From Candidatus Hydrogenedentota bacterium (GTDB taxonomy: Bacteria; Hydrogenedentota; Hydrogenedentia; Hydrogenedentales; SLHB01), in the NCBI GenBank assembly GCA_963668025.2, contig CAXXTH010000010.1, positions 1,216,001 through 1,280,000 of the forward strand: DNA of 64,000 bases, read 5' to 3'. The notes under the pieces are model-generated. The model saw only the letters and a list, made by a program, of their open reading frames with translations. It did not search any database and had not been told where the DNA came from. Shown one piece after another: positions 23,950 through 33,820 of this stretch. The translations under genes were made by a program, and so were the position numbers. The stretch's first letter is position 1. Each line of letters begins with the position of its first letter.

Positions 23950-24624
23950 ATGAAACGCAGTGAAATCAATGCCGTGATTGAACACGCAAAAGACTTCTTT
24001 GAAGAGCATCAATTTCTGCTGCCGCCTTGGGCGTACTGGGAGCCCAAGGATTGGAAAGGCAAGAGAGATTCTTGCAGCGAGATCATCGATAACATTCTCG
24101 GGTGGGATATCACCGACTTTGGTTCAAATGATTTCTACAATCGCGGCCTGCTTCTATTCACTATCCGTAATGGGAATCCTAAAAAAGACAAGAAAACCTA
24201 TGCCGAAAAGATTATGATCGTCCGTGAAAACCAAGAAACGCCCTTCCATTTCCATTGGAACAAGATGGAAGACATCATTAATCGAGGCGGCGGTAATCTC
24301 ATGCTTGAGCTTTATAACGCTACGAAAGATGAAAAGCTCGCCGATACGCCGGTATGTGTACAAATCGATGGCGTCACCCATACGATAGAGCCCGGAGGCA
24401 AAGCCATACTACATCCCGGCGAGAGCATTTGCTTGACCCAATACCTCTACCATCGGTTTTACGCCGAACCTGGCAAAGGCATGGTGATGACCGGCGAAGT
24501 AAGCCAAGTCAACGACGATACGACTGACAACCGGTTTTACGAAGAAGTAGGGCGTTTCCCCGAGATTGAAGAAGACATTTCTCCTAACCATCTTCTGGCA
24601 TCTGAGTACGCCAAATTTATATAA
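23950..24624 (+). CDS. D-lyxose/D-mannose family sugar isomerase (cupin)
   Basis: MKRSEIN, GWDITDFG, LFTIRNG, YAEKIM, PFHFHWNKMEDIINRGGG, GEVSQVNDDTTDN. Confidence 0.93.
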   Translation: MKRSEINAVIEHAKDFFEEHQFLLPPWAYWEPKDWKGKRDSCSEIIDNILGWDITDFGSNDFYNRGLLLFTIRNGNPKKDKKTYAEKIMIVRENQETPFHFHWNKMEDIINRGGGNLMLELYNATKDEKLADTPVCVQIDGVTHTIEPGGKAILHPGESICLTQYLYHRFYAEPGKGMVMTGEVSQVNDDTTDNRFYEEVGRFPEIEEDISPNHLLASEYAKFI

Positions 24625-24634
24625 TATCCATCCA

Positions 24635-24710
24635 GGGCCTGTAGCTCAGTGGTTAGAGCAGGCGACTCATAATCGCTTGGTCGTAGGTTCAACTCCTACC
24701 AGGCCCACCA
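24635..24710 (+). tRNA. tRNA-Ile2 (anticodon CAT, lysidine-modified type)
   Basis: 76-nt cloverleaf GGGCCTG...CAGGCCC-A-CCA; anticodon arm GGCGA-CTCATAA-TCGCT is of the enterobacterial ileX type; no initiator features. Confidence 0.9.
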
Positions 24711-25321
24711 CTTAAAGCTTTAAACTCCAATGGTTTGCAGAAGCATGCCATTGGGGCTTTTCTTTTGTTCTCGATCATGTATCCCACCTGTATCCCGCCG
24801 CGCTTCATTTCGGGCCGTTTCGGGCCTGCCTCGCCGGGGCTGCATGGTGATGGCCTGCACCCGTAGCCAATCGCGGTGGACTTGGGCGTTTACGGAATCG
24901 GCATAGGCAGACAGTGCATCCCGGCGGACATGTGCATGGGCGGGCTGCTTGTCTAGACAACATCGCCGGTCCTGTCGGGCGTGTTCCAGCGTTCGCCTAA
25001 GCCCTTGCGCCGTCCGAGTCAAGCGGCCGTGACATCCGTCTAGACGGGGCGGCCTTGGGGGGGTACGCCGATCCATACGCTATATGATCCGTCCCGCTCA
25101 CAAAATTTTTGGGATTTTGGGGCTGCACCATAGGCGGTATACACTGAATGCCCATTCGAATGTGCGGGATGGCTGCAGTGCCATGTGGGGAATAGACCCA
25201 TAAATCTTTTTTTATAAGCCTCTTTCGTAAACATGCCTCAAACGTGTATCATCAAATCCTGATGTTTTTGATGGGGAGCAAGCATTCGTCTGGTAGTCCG
25301 ATCATATCGTAGAAGGGAGAC

Positions 25322-28300
25322 ATGATGCACACGATCTTTGATCTGTGTGAGCCCCGGGAGGATGTGCTGAAGGGGCGCGTGAAGGATGAGGAATTTGCAG
25401 CGGATCTAGCTGCCGTAGTCGCCGGAACAGCGACTGAGGAATACTCGGATCCCGTCCGTTTTTTCCGTCACACCTACCCAACCCGCGGGCTCAAGACGCT
25501 GTTGGAAACGGTCTGCCGACGCCTTAGCGGGAAGGGGGGCGAGTTGAACTCCGTGATCCGCCTCGACACGGCCTACGGCGGCGGTAAAACCCATAGCTTG
25601 ATCGGACTTGTCCATGCTGTACGCGGGATGCCGGGTGTAGAGAACGTCGAGGAATTCGTCGATCCGTCATTGCTCCCGCAAGGCAATGTACGCGTGGCGG
25701 CCCTCGATGGCGAAAACGCCGATCCGGCCAACGGCCTCAAGCTGGAAGACGGCCTCTACGCTCACAGTATTTGGGGGGAAATGGCATACCGGCTTGCCGG
25801 TCGAGCCGGGTACGAACGCGTTCGGGTCAGCGATGAAAAGCACGCGGCGCCCGGCAGTGAAACCATCATCGAACTCTTCGGAGGAGAATCCTCGCTGATT
25901 TTGATTGACGAGGTTTCCGTCTACCTTCGCAAAGTCTCCCAGGTATATCCCGAAGCAACCGGCCAGTTCACCGCCTTCCTCCATGCTCTCATCAAGGCAG
26001 TCTCCTCGACGCCGAAGGCCGCCCTTGTCATGACGCTTGCTGTAAAGGCGGAAGATAAAAAGGTTGAGGACGCCTATCGGGCTGAGCATCAACTCGCGCT
26101 ACAGGCCTTCGCCGAGGCCGAGAGCATCGTATCAAGGAAACTCCTTCTGCTTGACCCCACGGCAGAAGATGAGACGGTGGATATCTTGCGGCGCCGGTTA
26201 TTTGAGGTGGTCGATATCGCCAAAGCGAAAGTCGTAGTGGATGAATACGCTAAAACCTGGGATCGCAACAAAGGCCAGTTATGCCCTGACGCCACTAGCC
26301 CGGAAGTGCGCGATCAATTCCTTAAAGGCTATCCCCTCCACCCCGAGACCATGAACGTCATGACCGAGAAAATGAGCAGCTTGTCCACCTTCCAACGGAC
26401 TCGCGGCATGCTGCGGATCTTGGCGCGGACGGTAGCGCACCTGTGGAAAGAAAAGCCCACGGATGCCTTTGCCATTCATCCGCATCATATCGATCCCTCC
26501 AATCAGCAGCTTAGAGACGAATTGACCACGCGCCTTGGCCAGCAGGCCTTTTTACCCGCTCTAGCCTCGGATGTGGCCTCCGTGCCCGGTAAAGACGCGT
26601 CCACCGCCCAGCGGCTCGACCAACAGTATTATCCCGGCCAGGCGCCGGTGACGTCCTATGTCGCCCGCACCATCTTTCTGAACACGCTGTCGTATGGGGA
26701 TTCCGCCCAAGGGCTCAGCGCCGACCATCTTCGTTATTCGGTCTGCTCACCGGAAATCGAGCCCACTTTCGTCGAAGCAGCCCGAAAGCAGTTCGCCGCG
26801 GAATCCCTCTATCTCGATGACCGACCTGGCTCTTCCATGCGGTTTCGTGTCGAGGCCAACTTGACCCAGATCATCTCCCGGGAAATGCGTGAGGTGGATA
26901 CCGAAGACCTCAAGAACGTGCTCAACTCGAACATTCGAAACCTGTTCACCGTTTCCAAAGGCGATTTTTCCCTCGTATGCTTTCCCGCAGGACCATACGA
27001 GGTACCAGATGATGTTGGCGACGGCCGGCCTTATTTGGTAATCCTTCATTACGACGCATTTTCTTTAAGCGAAACCCCAACAGAATTGCCCCAGGAACTG
27101 GTCCGCATGGCCACGCGCAAGGGCGTAAATGAAGAGACCCGGCTACTCCAGAACAACCTCGTTTTTGTCGTGGCAGACCAGAAGCTTCGGGCTGATATGA
27201 AGAGCGCCATGCGCCGCCGCCTCGCGTTGGAGGCGATCCAGAACTCCACCCGGATGCGAGAGTTGGCCGATTACCAGCAGCGAAAAGTGAAAGAGGAGTA
27301 CGAAAAAAGCGGCCTCACGGCAGCCATAGCGATCCTACAGTGTTACCGCCATCTGTTCTACCCTAGCAATGTCCCCATAGGCAGCGGCGCCGCCAAGCTG
27401 GGCCATACCACCATTGAATTGCAAAGCGTCTCTGATTCGCCCGGCAACGGCCAACTTCACATCAAACGGGCGTTGCGTAACCAAAAGAAGCTTTTGTCGG
27501 GAAGCGATCAACCCGACGCCCCGGCCTACGTCCGCGACCAGACTCCCTTGAGGATCAAGGGGCATATCAACACCCAAGAACTCCGAAATGAGTTCAGAAG
27601 AGCGCCGAACCTTTCCATCCTGCTCGATGACGACCCAATTGTGTCGTGCATCCAGGCCGGGATCGCAGAGGAAGTCTTCATATATCGGGAAGGCGATTTG
27701 GTTTGGGGGAAGAGCGACCCCACGCCCAGCATTCAGATCTCGGCCAATGCGTTTGTCCATACCATGGAAAACGCCAAGGAATTGAAGCTGTGGCCCCGTC
27801 CCATTCCGAAATTCGAACCGGAGCCGGGTCCGGATTCCGAACCAAGTCTGGAACCAGGTCCGGAACCAGGGCCGCCCGCGCCACCGCCACCGCCTTCATC
27901 ACTATCCGCCGAAGGCCCGCTTCGGCAGGCGTTGGTGACTCTTTTTGAAAGGGCGCGAAAACAGGATGTGAAAGCCTTCACGTCAGTCACCATGAAATTC
28001 TTTGAATACAAAGGGGCTTGGGACGCCCATCAAGCTGTGGCTACCTATCGCGACGCCGCCACCGAATGCCGGTTCGATGTCCACATCGAAGGCGAGGGGA
28101 TCGAATCGTTTGAGCTGGATTTCGAGGGAACTTTAGCTAAAGCCAATGCGATAAAGTCCTTTCTGCAACCACACTTGCAGGCCGCCAAAGACCACAACTT
28201 CGAGGGCGTTTACACCCTCACCTTCGCGGCCCCGCTGGCGACTTCCAAAGAGAATGGTGACGCCTTTATTGCAGCTATGACCAAATACGGCGGTGCAGAG

Positions 28301-28366
28301 GCGTATGTCGAAGCACTGGCGGCAACCGAGCAACAGAAGAAACTGGAGGAATCAGAAAATGGATAG
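25322..28366 (+). CDS. DUF499-family AAA+ ATPase (restriction-like/BREX-related defence system)
   Basis: PREDVL..EFAADL, FFRHTYPT, Walker A TAYGGGKTH, Walker B ILIDE, YPLHP, FQRTRGMLR; Pro-rich linker before the C-terminal domain. Confidence 0.9.
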   Translation: MMHTIFDLCEPREDVLKGRVKDEEFAADLAAVVAGTATEEYSDPVRFFRHTYPTRGLKTLLETVCRRLSGKGGELNSVIRLDTAYGGGKTHSLIGLVHAVRGMPGVENVEEFVDPSLLPQGNVRVAALDGENADPANGLKLEDGLYAHSIWGEMAYRLAGRAGYERVRVSDEKHAAPGSETIIELFGGESSLILIDEVSVYLRKVSQVYPEATGQFTAFLHALIKAVSSTPKAALVMTLAVKAEDKKVEDAYRAEHQLALQAFAEAESIVSRKLLLLDPTAEDETVDILRRRLFEVVDIAKAKVVVDEYAKTWDRNKGQLCPDATSPEVRDQFLKGYPLHPETMNVMTEKMSSLSTFQRTRGMLRILARTVAHLWKEKPTDAFAIHPHHIDPSNQQLRDELTTRLGQQAFLPALASDVASVPGKDASTAQRLDQQYYPGQAPVTSYVARTIFLNTLSYGDSAQGLSADHLRYSVCSPEIEPTFVEAARKQFAAESLYLDDRPGSSMRFRVEANLTQIISREMREVDTEDLKNVLNSNIRNLFTVSKGDFSLVCFPAGPYEVPDDVGDGRPYLVILHYDAFSLSETPTELPQELVRMATRKGVNEETRLLQNNLVFVVADQKLRADMKSAMRRRLALEAIQNSTRMRELADYQQRKVKEEYEKSGLTAAIAILQCYRHLFYPSNVPIGSGAAKLGHTTIELQSVSDSPGNGQLHIKRALRNQKKLLSGSDQPDAPAYVRDQTPLRIKGHINTQELRNEFRRAPNLSILLDDDPIVSCIQAGIAEEVFIYREGDLVWGKSDPTPSIQISANAFVHTMENAKELKLWPRPIPKFEPEPGPDSEPSLEPGPEPGPPAPPPPPSSLSAEGPLRQALVTLFERARKQDVKAFTSVTMKFFEYKGAWDAHQAVATYRDAATECRFDVHIEGEGIESFELDFEGTLAKANAIKSFLQPHLQAAKDHNFEGVYTLTFAAPLATSKENGDAFIAAMTKYGGAEAYVEALAATEQQKKLEESENG

Positions 28367-28616
28367 AGATGAATGGATTGACTGTATAAAAGCGCATTTT
28401 AAGAATCTTGAAAAAAATGGCTATACGGTTCGTGCCGGTGACGCGCTTCTCGGAGTGGAAGTGCGAGGGTATGATGTGCTTTCAAAAAGGACATACGTAG
28501 CGGCCGTGCAAGATCTTGAGCAGAAAGGTCTTGTGGAGATTAGTGCAACCAATAATTCAAGGGTGTGGCCAACCATAAGGCTTACACCCAACGGCGCACG
28601 TTGGACGACAACATGA
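28359..28616 (+). CDS. Small hypothetical protein, possibly winged-helix
   Basis: GGAGG RBS; overlaps the DUF499 stop and the next start (ATGA); C-terminal LEQKGLVE...IRLTPNG pattern typical of wHTH wings. Confidence 0.55.
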   Translation: MDRDEWIDCIKAHFKNLEKNGYTVRAGDALLGVEVRGYDVLSKRTYVAAVQDLEQKGLVEISATNNSRVWPTIRLTPNGARWTTT

Positions 28617-29095
28617 AAAGAACCGTATCGCCTGAAATAGTAACAAAGAGAGAGGACATAAACCGCGGGCGTCTACTCTATCAGCTCCACGCCGTGGGAT
28701 TAGGGCAAGGGCTATTGGCGCTCGAAATATGGCAGTTGCCCAGCCCGGCGACGCCACGCCTTGCAGTCAAAGAACGTACGGCGTCGCTCAAAGGGCGGGC
28801 ATTGGAGCTGGTCGAGACACGGGTGCTACGCCGTCTCAAGGCCGTCGGAATACGTCTCCCCGCGCTGAAACGTAAAGAACACCAAGACTATGATCTGGAC
28901 GAGGACGCCGCCCTAAACCTGGCGCTGATGTTCCGCACGCTCGCCCCGATGCACAATATCGAACGTATCCGCCAGGTGGCCGAAGGCATTGATCAAATGA
29001 GCCGGGAGGAGTCGGGGTATTGGCTCGGCATGGCGATACACCGGAAGAGTCCCCGTCGGGTGCTGGCGGCGTTGCGGATCTTGTTGACCATGTGA
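28613..29095 (+). CDS. DUF3780-like small accessory subunit of the DUF499 system
   Basis: Position between ATPase and methylase; C-terminal MSREESGYW...RRVLAALRILL motif. Confidence 0.65.
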   Translation: MKRTVSPEIVTKREDINRGRLLYQLHAVGLGQGLLALEIWQLPSPATPRLAVKERTASLKGRALELVETRVLRRLKAVGIRLPALKRKEHQDYDLDEDAALNLALMFRTLAPMHNIERIRQVAEGIDQMSREESGYWLGMAIHRKSPRRVLAALRILLTM

Positions 29096-29161
29096 GTACT
29101 TCAATCAGCAGGCCGCGTAACAGGGTTACTAATAGGATTCATAGGAGAAAGAGCCTATACC

Positions 29162-29377
29162 ATGAAGGAATACGTCGTCATATATGAGCAGGGGGAAACC
29201 AACTGGGGCGCCATGGCGCCCGATTTGCCGGGATGCGTCAGCATTGGCGATACCTTCGAGGATGTGCAGGAAAACGTCAAAGAAGCCATTGAACTCTATA
29301 TCGAAGTGCTCCAGGAACGCGGGGAGCCTATTCCCGAATCCAAGCAACGGATTGGCAATGTGGTGGTGGCCGCATGA
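29162..29377 (+). CDS. hicB: HicB-family antitoxin (orphan)
   Basis: YVVIYEQ..WGAMAPDLPGCVSIGDTFEDVQENVKEAIELYIE...GEPIP. Confidence 0.88.
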   Translation: MKEYVVIYEQGETNWGAMAPDLPGCVSIGDTFEDVQENVKEAIELYIEVLQERGEPIPESKQRIGNVVVAA

Positions 29378-29461
29378 ATGGGGCCGCCTATCGAGTCATC
29401 CGATACGCCACAACCCACATTTCCAGAGAATCCGCCACAAAAGGCGCAAAATACAAAAAAA

Positions 29462-29746
29462 AATTCGGTAACACTTTAGCCGTTTGAAGCAGCAGCATCG
29501 GGACGATTGCTGAAATATGAATACACAGTAAACCTCCGGTATAGGCGGTTTTTTTTTTGACATGATTTACAAGATGAACAAGATTGGACAAACTCGTTAT
29601 GATGATTCACGGATATGAAGACCCATTCACGGAGCGTCCGAGCGCGTCTTTTTTCGCGGAAAATCCGCCAGAAAAAATCTTGTTCATCTTGTAAATCATG
29701 TCTAAAAAGGCTGTTTGCTTCAGTCCGCTAAAATGTTACAAGAATT
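29462..29746. repeat. Nested inverted-repeat element (outer imperfect ~35-bp IR, inner perfect 27-bp triplet-unit IR)
   Basis: Inner: GACATGATTTACAAGATGAACAAGATT (29559-29585) / AATCTTGTTCATCTTGTAAATCATGTC (29676-29702). Outer: AATTCGGTAACACTTTAGCCGTTTGAAGCAGCAGC / GCTGTTTGCTTCAGTCCGCTAAAATGTTACAAGAATT. Confidence 0.88.
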
Positions 29747-29921
29747 CATTCTAGTGTTTTTTACGCCTCTTGAGGCCATTGTTTGATTATTTTCCGAGGT
29801 CGCCCTAGCAAACGCCCTTAAGATTCGTAACCTCTTTCTGATTCGTCTATACTCTTCCCATTGATGTCACGTTGTTGCTACAGTCATTCGATAGAGATAC
29901 TTGCACACGGAAGGGGGATTC

Positions 29922-32903
29922 ATGTCTGACCGGCGGTTGATCGAGGATTGGATGCCGATTGCGGAAATCGGGATTGAATCGGTCCGGGAACGTACGCCTA
30001 TGACGCCGTTTCCAGCTCCGAACCGGCTTCATGTCTGGTGGGCGCGGAGGCCGTTGGTGGCGTCGCGGGCGGCGATTTTGGGGGCCTTGCTACCCTCGTC
30101 CGCCAACCACAAGGAATTCCTGCATATCCTTGGTATTCATGGGGATCCGGTGGCGGCTAAACACCGTATTGCAAAAGCCACCCTCGATGGGGTTCGATTG
30201 GGCAAAGATGCCTATGGCTACGCTCGTGCGTTTAGTTACACGCCGTCGGACGATGACCAAAGATGGATCGAGCAACAGTTAGGCAATACTCATATTCCCG
30301 TCATATTGGATCCGACTGCGGGCGGCGGCAGTATCCCATTTGAGGCTCTACGGCTGGGATGTGAGTCATTAGGCAATGATCTCAATCCGGTGGCATGGCT
30401 GGTCCTTCAAGCCACAGTGGCGTTCCCTGCGAAATATGGGTATCCGCTGCTACGTCGCTACGAAGAACTGGGGCGTGAGTTTGTTCAAAGATGCGTAGAG
30501 TGGCTGCGTCCTTTATTCACGGATGAGCCGGGACGCGAACCTACAGAACTGGAAAAGACATCAAAGGAAAAACCGCTTCCGAATATCCCCGACGGCTATC
30601 TCTGGGCGCGGACGATCAAGTGCCCATATTGCGGCGGTATCGTGCCGTTGAGTCCGAATTGGCGGCTTGATAGTGCGGGAACGGGCGTCCGGCTGGTTCC
30701 TGTGATAGACAATCCCAAGAATCGGCATATCCGGTTCGAGATCGTCAAAAAACTGAACGAGCAGTCGCCGGGGACGGTGGACGGGGGGAATGGCACGTGT
30801 CCGTTCTCCGATTGCGGGCGCGTCATTGACGGCAACGAGATCAAGGCCCAGGCGCAAACCGGGCACATGGGCGAGCAGTTGTATTGCGTCGTTTACAAGG
30901 AACAAGTGATCACCGGCTACACTAATGCGGGCAAGCCCAAGGTCAAGAAAATCCGTGGGTTCCGCGCACCCCGCCCGGAAGACGACGTGCGCGAGCAAGT
31001 CCAGGCCGCCCTCGACGCCAAACGCCCCGAATGGGAGGCCCGGGGCATCTTGCCGGATGAGGAATTTCCCGTCAACACGAACGATGACCGTCCGCGCCAG
31101 TATGGCATGCCCTTGTGGCGGGACATGTTTTCGCCGCGCCAGTTGTACGGGCATTGCACGAGTGTCGAGTTGTTTCATGACCTGGTGAATGAACTCGGCG
31201 GACCCACAGCTATGTCGGAGCTGGATAAGGCGGCGATGTCGTACATCTCCTTAGCCATGGACAAAGTTCTCAATTACAACGCACGGATGGTTCGCTGGCA
31301 TGCTAACCGTGAGGTGGTGGCAGGGGTCTTCGACAGGCATGATTTCTCTTTCAAGTGGAGCTATGCTGAAATGGCTCCGACGATTACGGGCCTCGGGTAT
31401 GACTGGGCGGTCGAACAAACGGGAAAGTCATTAGAGGAGCTGATCGAATTGTGCGGGGGGCATCCTGCCGCCTCCGAGGCCGACCTGCTTACACCTCAGT
31501 CTGAGTCCAAGACCGCGAGCACGCCACCTGTCATCACCTGTGGTGCGGGCGATTCCCTGGCCCATGTCGAGGATGCCTCGGTGGATGCGGTCGTGATGGA
31601 CCCGCCGTATTACGACAACGTGATGTATGCCGAGCTGGCGGATTTCTTCTATGTGTGGCTGAAACGGACGGCGGGCTTGCTGTATCCCGAGCCGTTTATG
31701 GATTATCTGACGGACAAAGACCGGGAGGCGGTGGCCAACACGGCGAAGTTCAAGGACTTTTCGGCTGTCCGTGGCAGCGGCGGCGCGAAGAAGCGGGCCT
31801 CGCGGGATTACCAGGAGCGGATGCAGGCGATCTTCACGGAATGCCGCCGCGTGTTGAAGTCCGAGGGCGTCATGGTGCTGATGTTCACCCACAAGGCCAC
31901 CGGCGCCTGGGATGCCCTGGCGAAGGGGTTGGTGGACGCCGGATTCGAGATCACGGCGAGCTGGCCTATCAACACCGAGGCCGAGGGCAGCCTGCACATC
32001 AAAGACAAAAACGCCGCGAAAAGCACGATCTTCCTGGTGTGCCGCCCACGGGCGGTTGTAACGGATAAGACGATCACGTATTGGGAAGAGGTCGAGCCGA
32101 AGGTGGTGGCGGTGGTGCGCGAGCGGGTCAAATATTTTCAGGACAACGGCATCCGGGGCGTGGATTTATACCTGTCGTGTTTCGGTCCGGCGCTGGAGGT
32201 GTTCTCGGAACACTGGCCGATGCAGCGGGGCCGCGCCATGCAGAAGCCGGAACCGGCCAAAGGGGCGCAGTTCCAATTGCTCGAGGAGGAAGACTGGGAT
32301 CCCTATGCGGTGCGCCCGGAAGACGCCTTAAACGCCGCGCGGGCCGCCGTGAAAGAATGGCGCTTGGACCAATTGACCCGCGTGAAGCGGCAGGGCCGCC
32401 TGGATCCTGTAACGGAATTTTACGTGCTGGCGTGGGACGCCTTCGAGTCGCCCCAGTTCCCGGCGGACGAGGCGTTGAAGCTGGCGCGGGTGGTGGGAGT
32501 GAGTTTCGACCAGGAGCTTCGGGGCAAGGTGCTGGAACTCAAGGGCGGAGACGTGATCTTGTGGGATAGCGCGAAGCGGGCGCAGAAGGGGGCGCTGGGA
32601 ACGGCCCGCCCGGCCGTGATGCTCAACGTGCTGCACCATGCGGCCCGGCTCGGGCGCGAGCAGAACACCGGCGCGGGCAAGCAATTGCTGGAGCAGCTCG
32701 AGGTGTTGTCCGACCCGGTTTTCAAGACGGCCTTGGAGACGATGCTGAACGTGCTCCCGGCCCCGGCGCTGGCGGCGGGTTCGAGCGCGTCCATCGCAGG
32801 CGCTGCCGCCGACGCCGCCGCCCTCGAAAAACTCCGCCGCCTCTGCTTCACCGACGACGATGTCCCGCCGCCGGAGCAGATGTGGTTTCAGGTTAATACA
32901 TAG
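29922..32903 (+). CDS. DUF1156-domain DNA adenine methyltransferase
   Basis: LHVWWARRPL, motif I LDPTAGGGSIPFEA, Zn-ribbon CPYC/CPFSDC, motif IV MDPPYYDNVMYAELADFFYVWLKR. Confidence 0.93.
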   Translation: MSDRRLIEDWMPIAEIGIESVRERTPMTPFPAPNRLHVWWARRPLVASRAAILGALLPSSANHKEFLHILGIHGDPVAAKHRIAKATLDGVRLGKDAYGYARAFSYTPSDDDQRWIEQQLGNTHIPVILDPTAGGGSIPFEALRLGCESLGNDLNPVAWLVLQATVAFPAKYGYPLLRRYEELGREFVQRCVEWLRPLFTDEPGREPTELEKTSKEKPLPNIPDGYLWARTIKCPYCGGIVPLSPNWRLDSAGTGVRLVPVIDNPKNRHIRFEIVKKLNEQSPGTVDGGNGTCPFSDCGRVIDGNEIKAQAQTGHMGEQLYCVVYKEQVITGYTNAGKPKVKKIRGFRAPRPEDDVREQVQAALDAKRPEWEARGILPDEEFPVNTNDDRPRQYGMPLWRDMFSPRQLYGHCTSVELFHDLVNELGGPTAMSELDKAAMSYISLAMDKVLNYNARMVRWHANREVVAGVFDRHDFSFKWSYAEMAPTITGLGYDWAVEQTGKSLEELIELCGGHPAASEADLLTPQSESKTASTPPVITCGAGDSLAHVEDASVDAVVMDPPYYDNVMYAELADFFYVWLKRTAGLLYPEPFMDYLTDKDREAVANTAKFKDFSAVRGSGGAKKRASRDYQERMQAIFTECRRVLKSEGVMVLMFTHKATGAWDALAKGLVDAGFEITASWPINTEAEGSLHIKDKNAAKSTIFLVCRPRAVVTDKTITYWEEVEPKVVAVVRERVKYFQDNGIRGVDLYLSCFGPALEVFSEHWPMQRGRAMQKPEPAKGAQFQLLEEEDWDPYAVRPEDALNAARAAVKEWRLDQLTRVKRQGRLDPVTEFYVLAWDAFESPQFPADEALKLARVVGVSFDQELRGKVLELKGGDVILWDSAKRAQKGALGTARPAVMLNVLHHAARLGREQNTGAGKQLLEQLEVLSDPVFKTALETMLNVLPAPALAAGSSASIAGAAADAAALEKLRRLCFTDDDVPPPEQMWFQVNT

Positions 32904-32912
32904 AGGGTGTTC

Positions 32913-33740
32913 ATGCAGCATTGGCATCCAACCCAGATTGAGCGTTATATCCGGTCTGCGGAAAGCAGCACCAGGGTGGCCCGGGTCCGCACCGATGCAG
33001 GCGACGCCTATATGAAGGCCCTGGGCAATCCCGAGGGGCCGCATGCGTTGGTGCGTGAGTATGTAGGCACGGCGCTGGCGGAATGGTTTGGTTTGCCGAC
33101 TTTCGAGTATGCGATTGTTGAACATGATGGAGTGGTTGATGTGCCGGTTGGAAATGGAGAATGGGCGCAGCCGGGCCCGGCGTTCCTGACTCGGGCGCAT
33201 GAGGGACATCCATGGAGCGGCGGCCCAAAAGACTTGGAGAAGGTGGAAAACGTGGAAGTCTTTGCCGGGTTGGTCGTATTCGATACGTGGGTAAGAAACC
33301 GAGACCGGTGCCCACCACAGGAAATGGACCTGCCGCCGAATCGTGACAATGTCTTTCTTTCAGAGGAGGAAGCATCGCCGGGCATGTCGAGGTTGATAGC
33401 GATGGATTTCACGCATTGTTTTCAGGAGAGTTCCTCATTGAGCCGTCACATATCCAGTATCGCCAACATCCAAGACAACCGCATTTATGGATTTTTCCCA
33501 GCGTTTCGGGATTACCTGAATGCTGATACGATCTGTTGTGCAAAAAAGCGGTTCGCCAAGGTGAACCAAGAGGTTATAAATGGTATCTTGAATCGTGTGC
33601 CTAAAGGATGGGAACTCGATGCTCGAACGCGAGCAGCCGTTGGGGAATTCCTTGTTCAACGGGCTCGTTATCTAGATGATCGACTTGCAGATATGCTGTA
33701 CCCCTATTCGGCGGAGCAAGGGGAACTTGAAATGAGCTGA
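32913..33740 (+). CDS. HipA-like Ser/Thr kinase
   Basis: AYMKALGN...LVREYVGT (K/E pair), FDTWVRNRDR, NRDNVFL, IAMDFTHCF; starts 9 nt after the methylase stop. Confidence 0.85.
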   Translation: MQHWHPTQIERYIRSAESSTRVARVRTDAGDAYMKALGNPEGPHALVREYVGTALAEWFGLPTFEYAIVEHDGVVDVPVGNGEWAQPGPAFLTRAHEGHPWSGGPKDLEKVENVEVFAGLVVFDTWVRNRDRCPPQEMDLPPNRDNVFLSEEEASPGMSRLIAMDFTHCFQESSSLSRHISSIANIQDNRIYGFFPAFRDYLNADTICCAKKRFAKVNQEVINGILNRVPKGWELDARTRAAVGEFLVQRARYLDDRLADMLYPYSAEQGELEMS

Positions 33741-33820
33741 AATTTTAGGCAGTATTTACGTGTTGATTCTGCAAAAATGCGGTATATTCTTTTCGGGAAT
33801 ATCAGGAGGAGGTAGCGGTT

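Noticed and set aside
24635-24710. tRNA-Met (initiator or elongator)
   Set aside because: Paired 1:72 bases and no triple G-C anticodon stem rule out the initiator; the anticodon arm matches the Ile2 type. A tRNAscan-SE isotype model would settle it.
27800-27900. Short repeats (GAACCG/GGTCCG) as a DNA-level repeat element
   Set aside because: They encode a Pro/Glu-rich interdomain linker of the DUF499 protein.
29374-29487. hicA toxin downstream of hicB
   Set aside because: The overlapping short ORF (MNGAAYRVIRY...) lacks the HicA GSH motif and runs into the repeat element.
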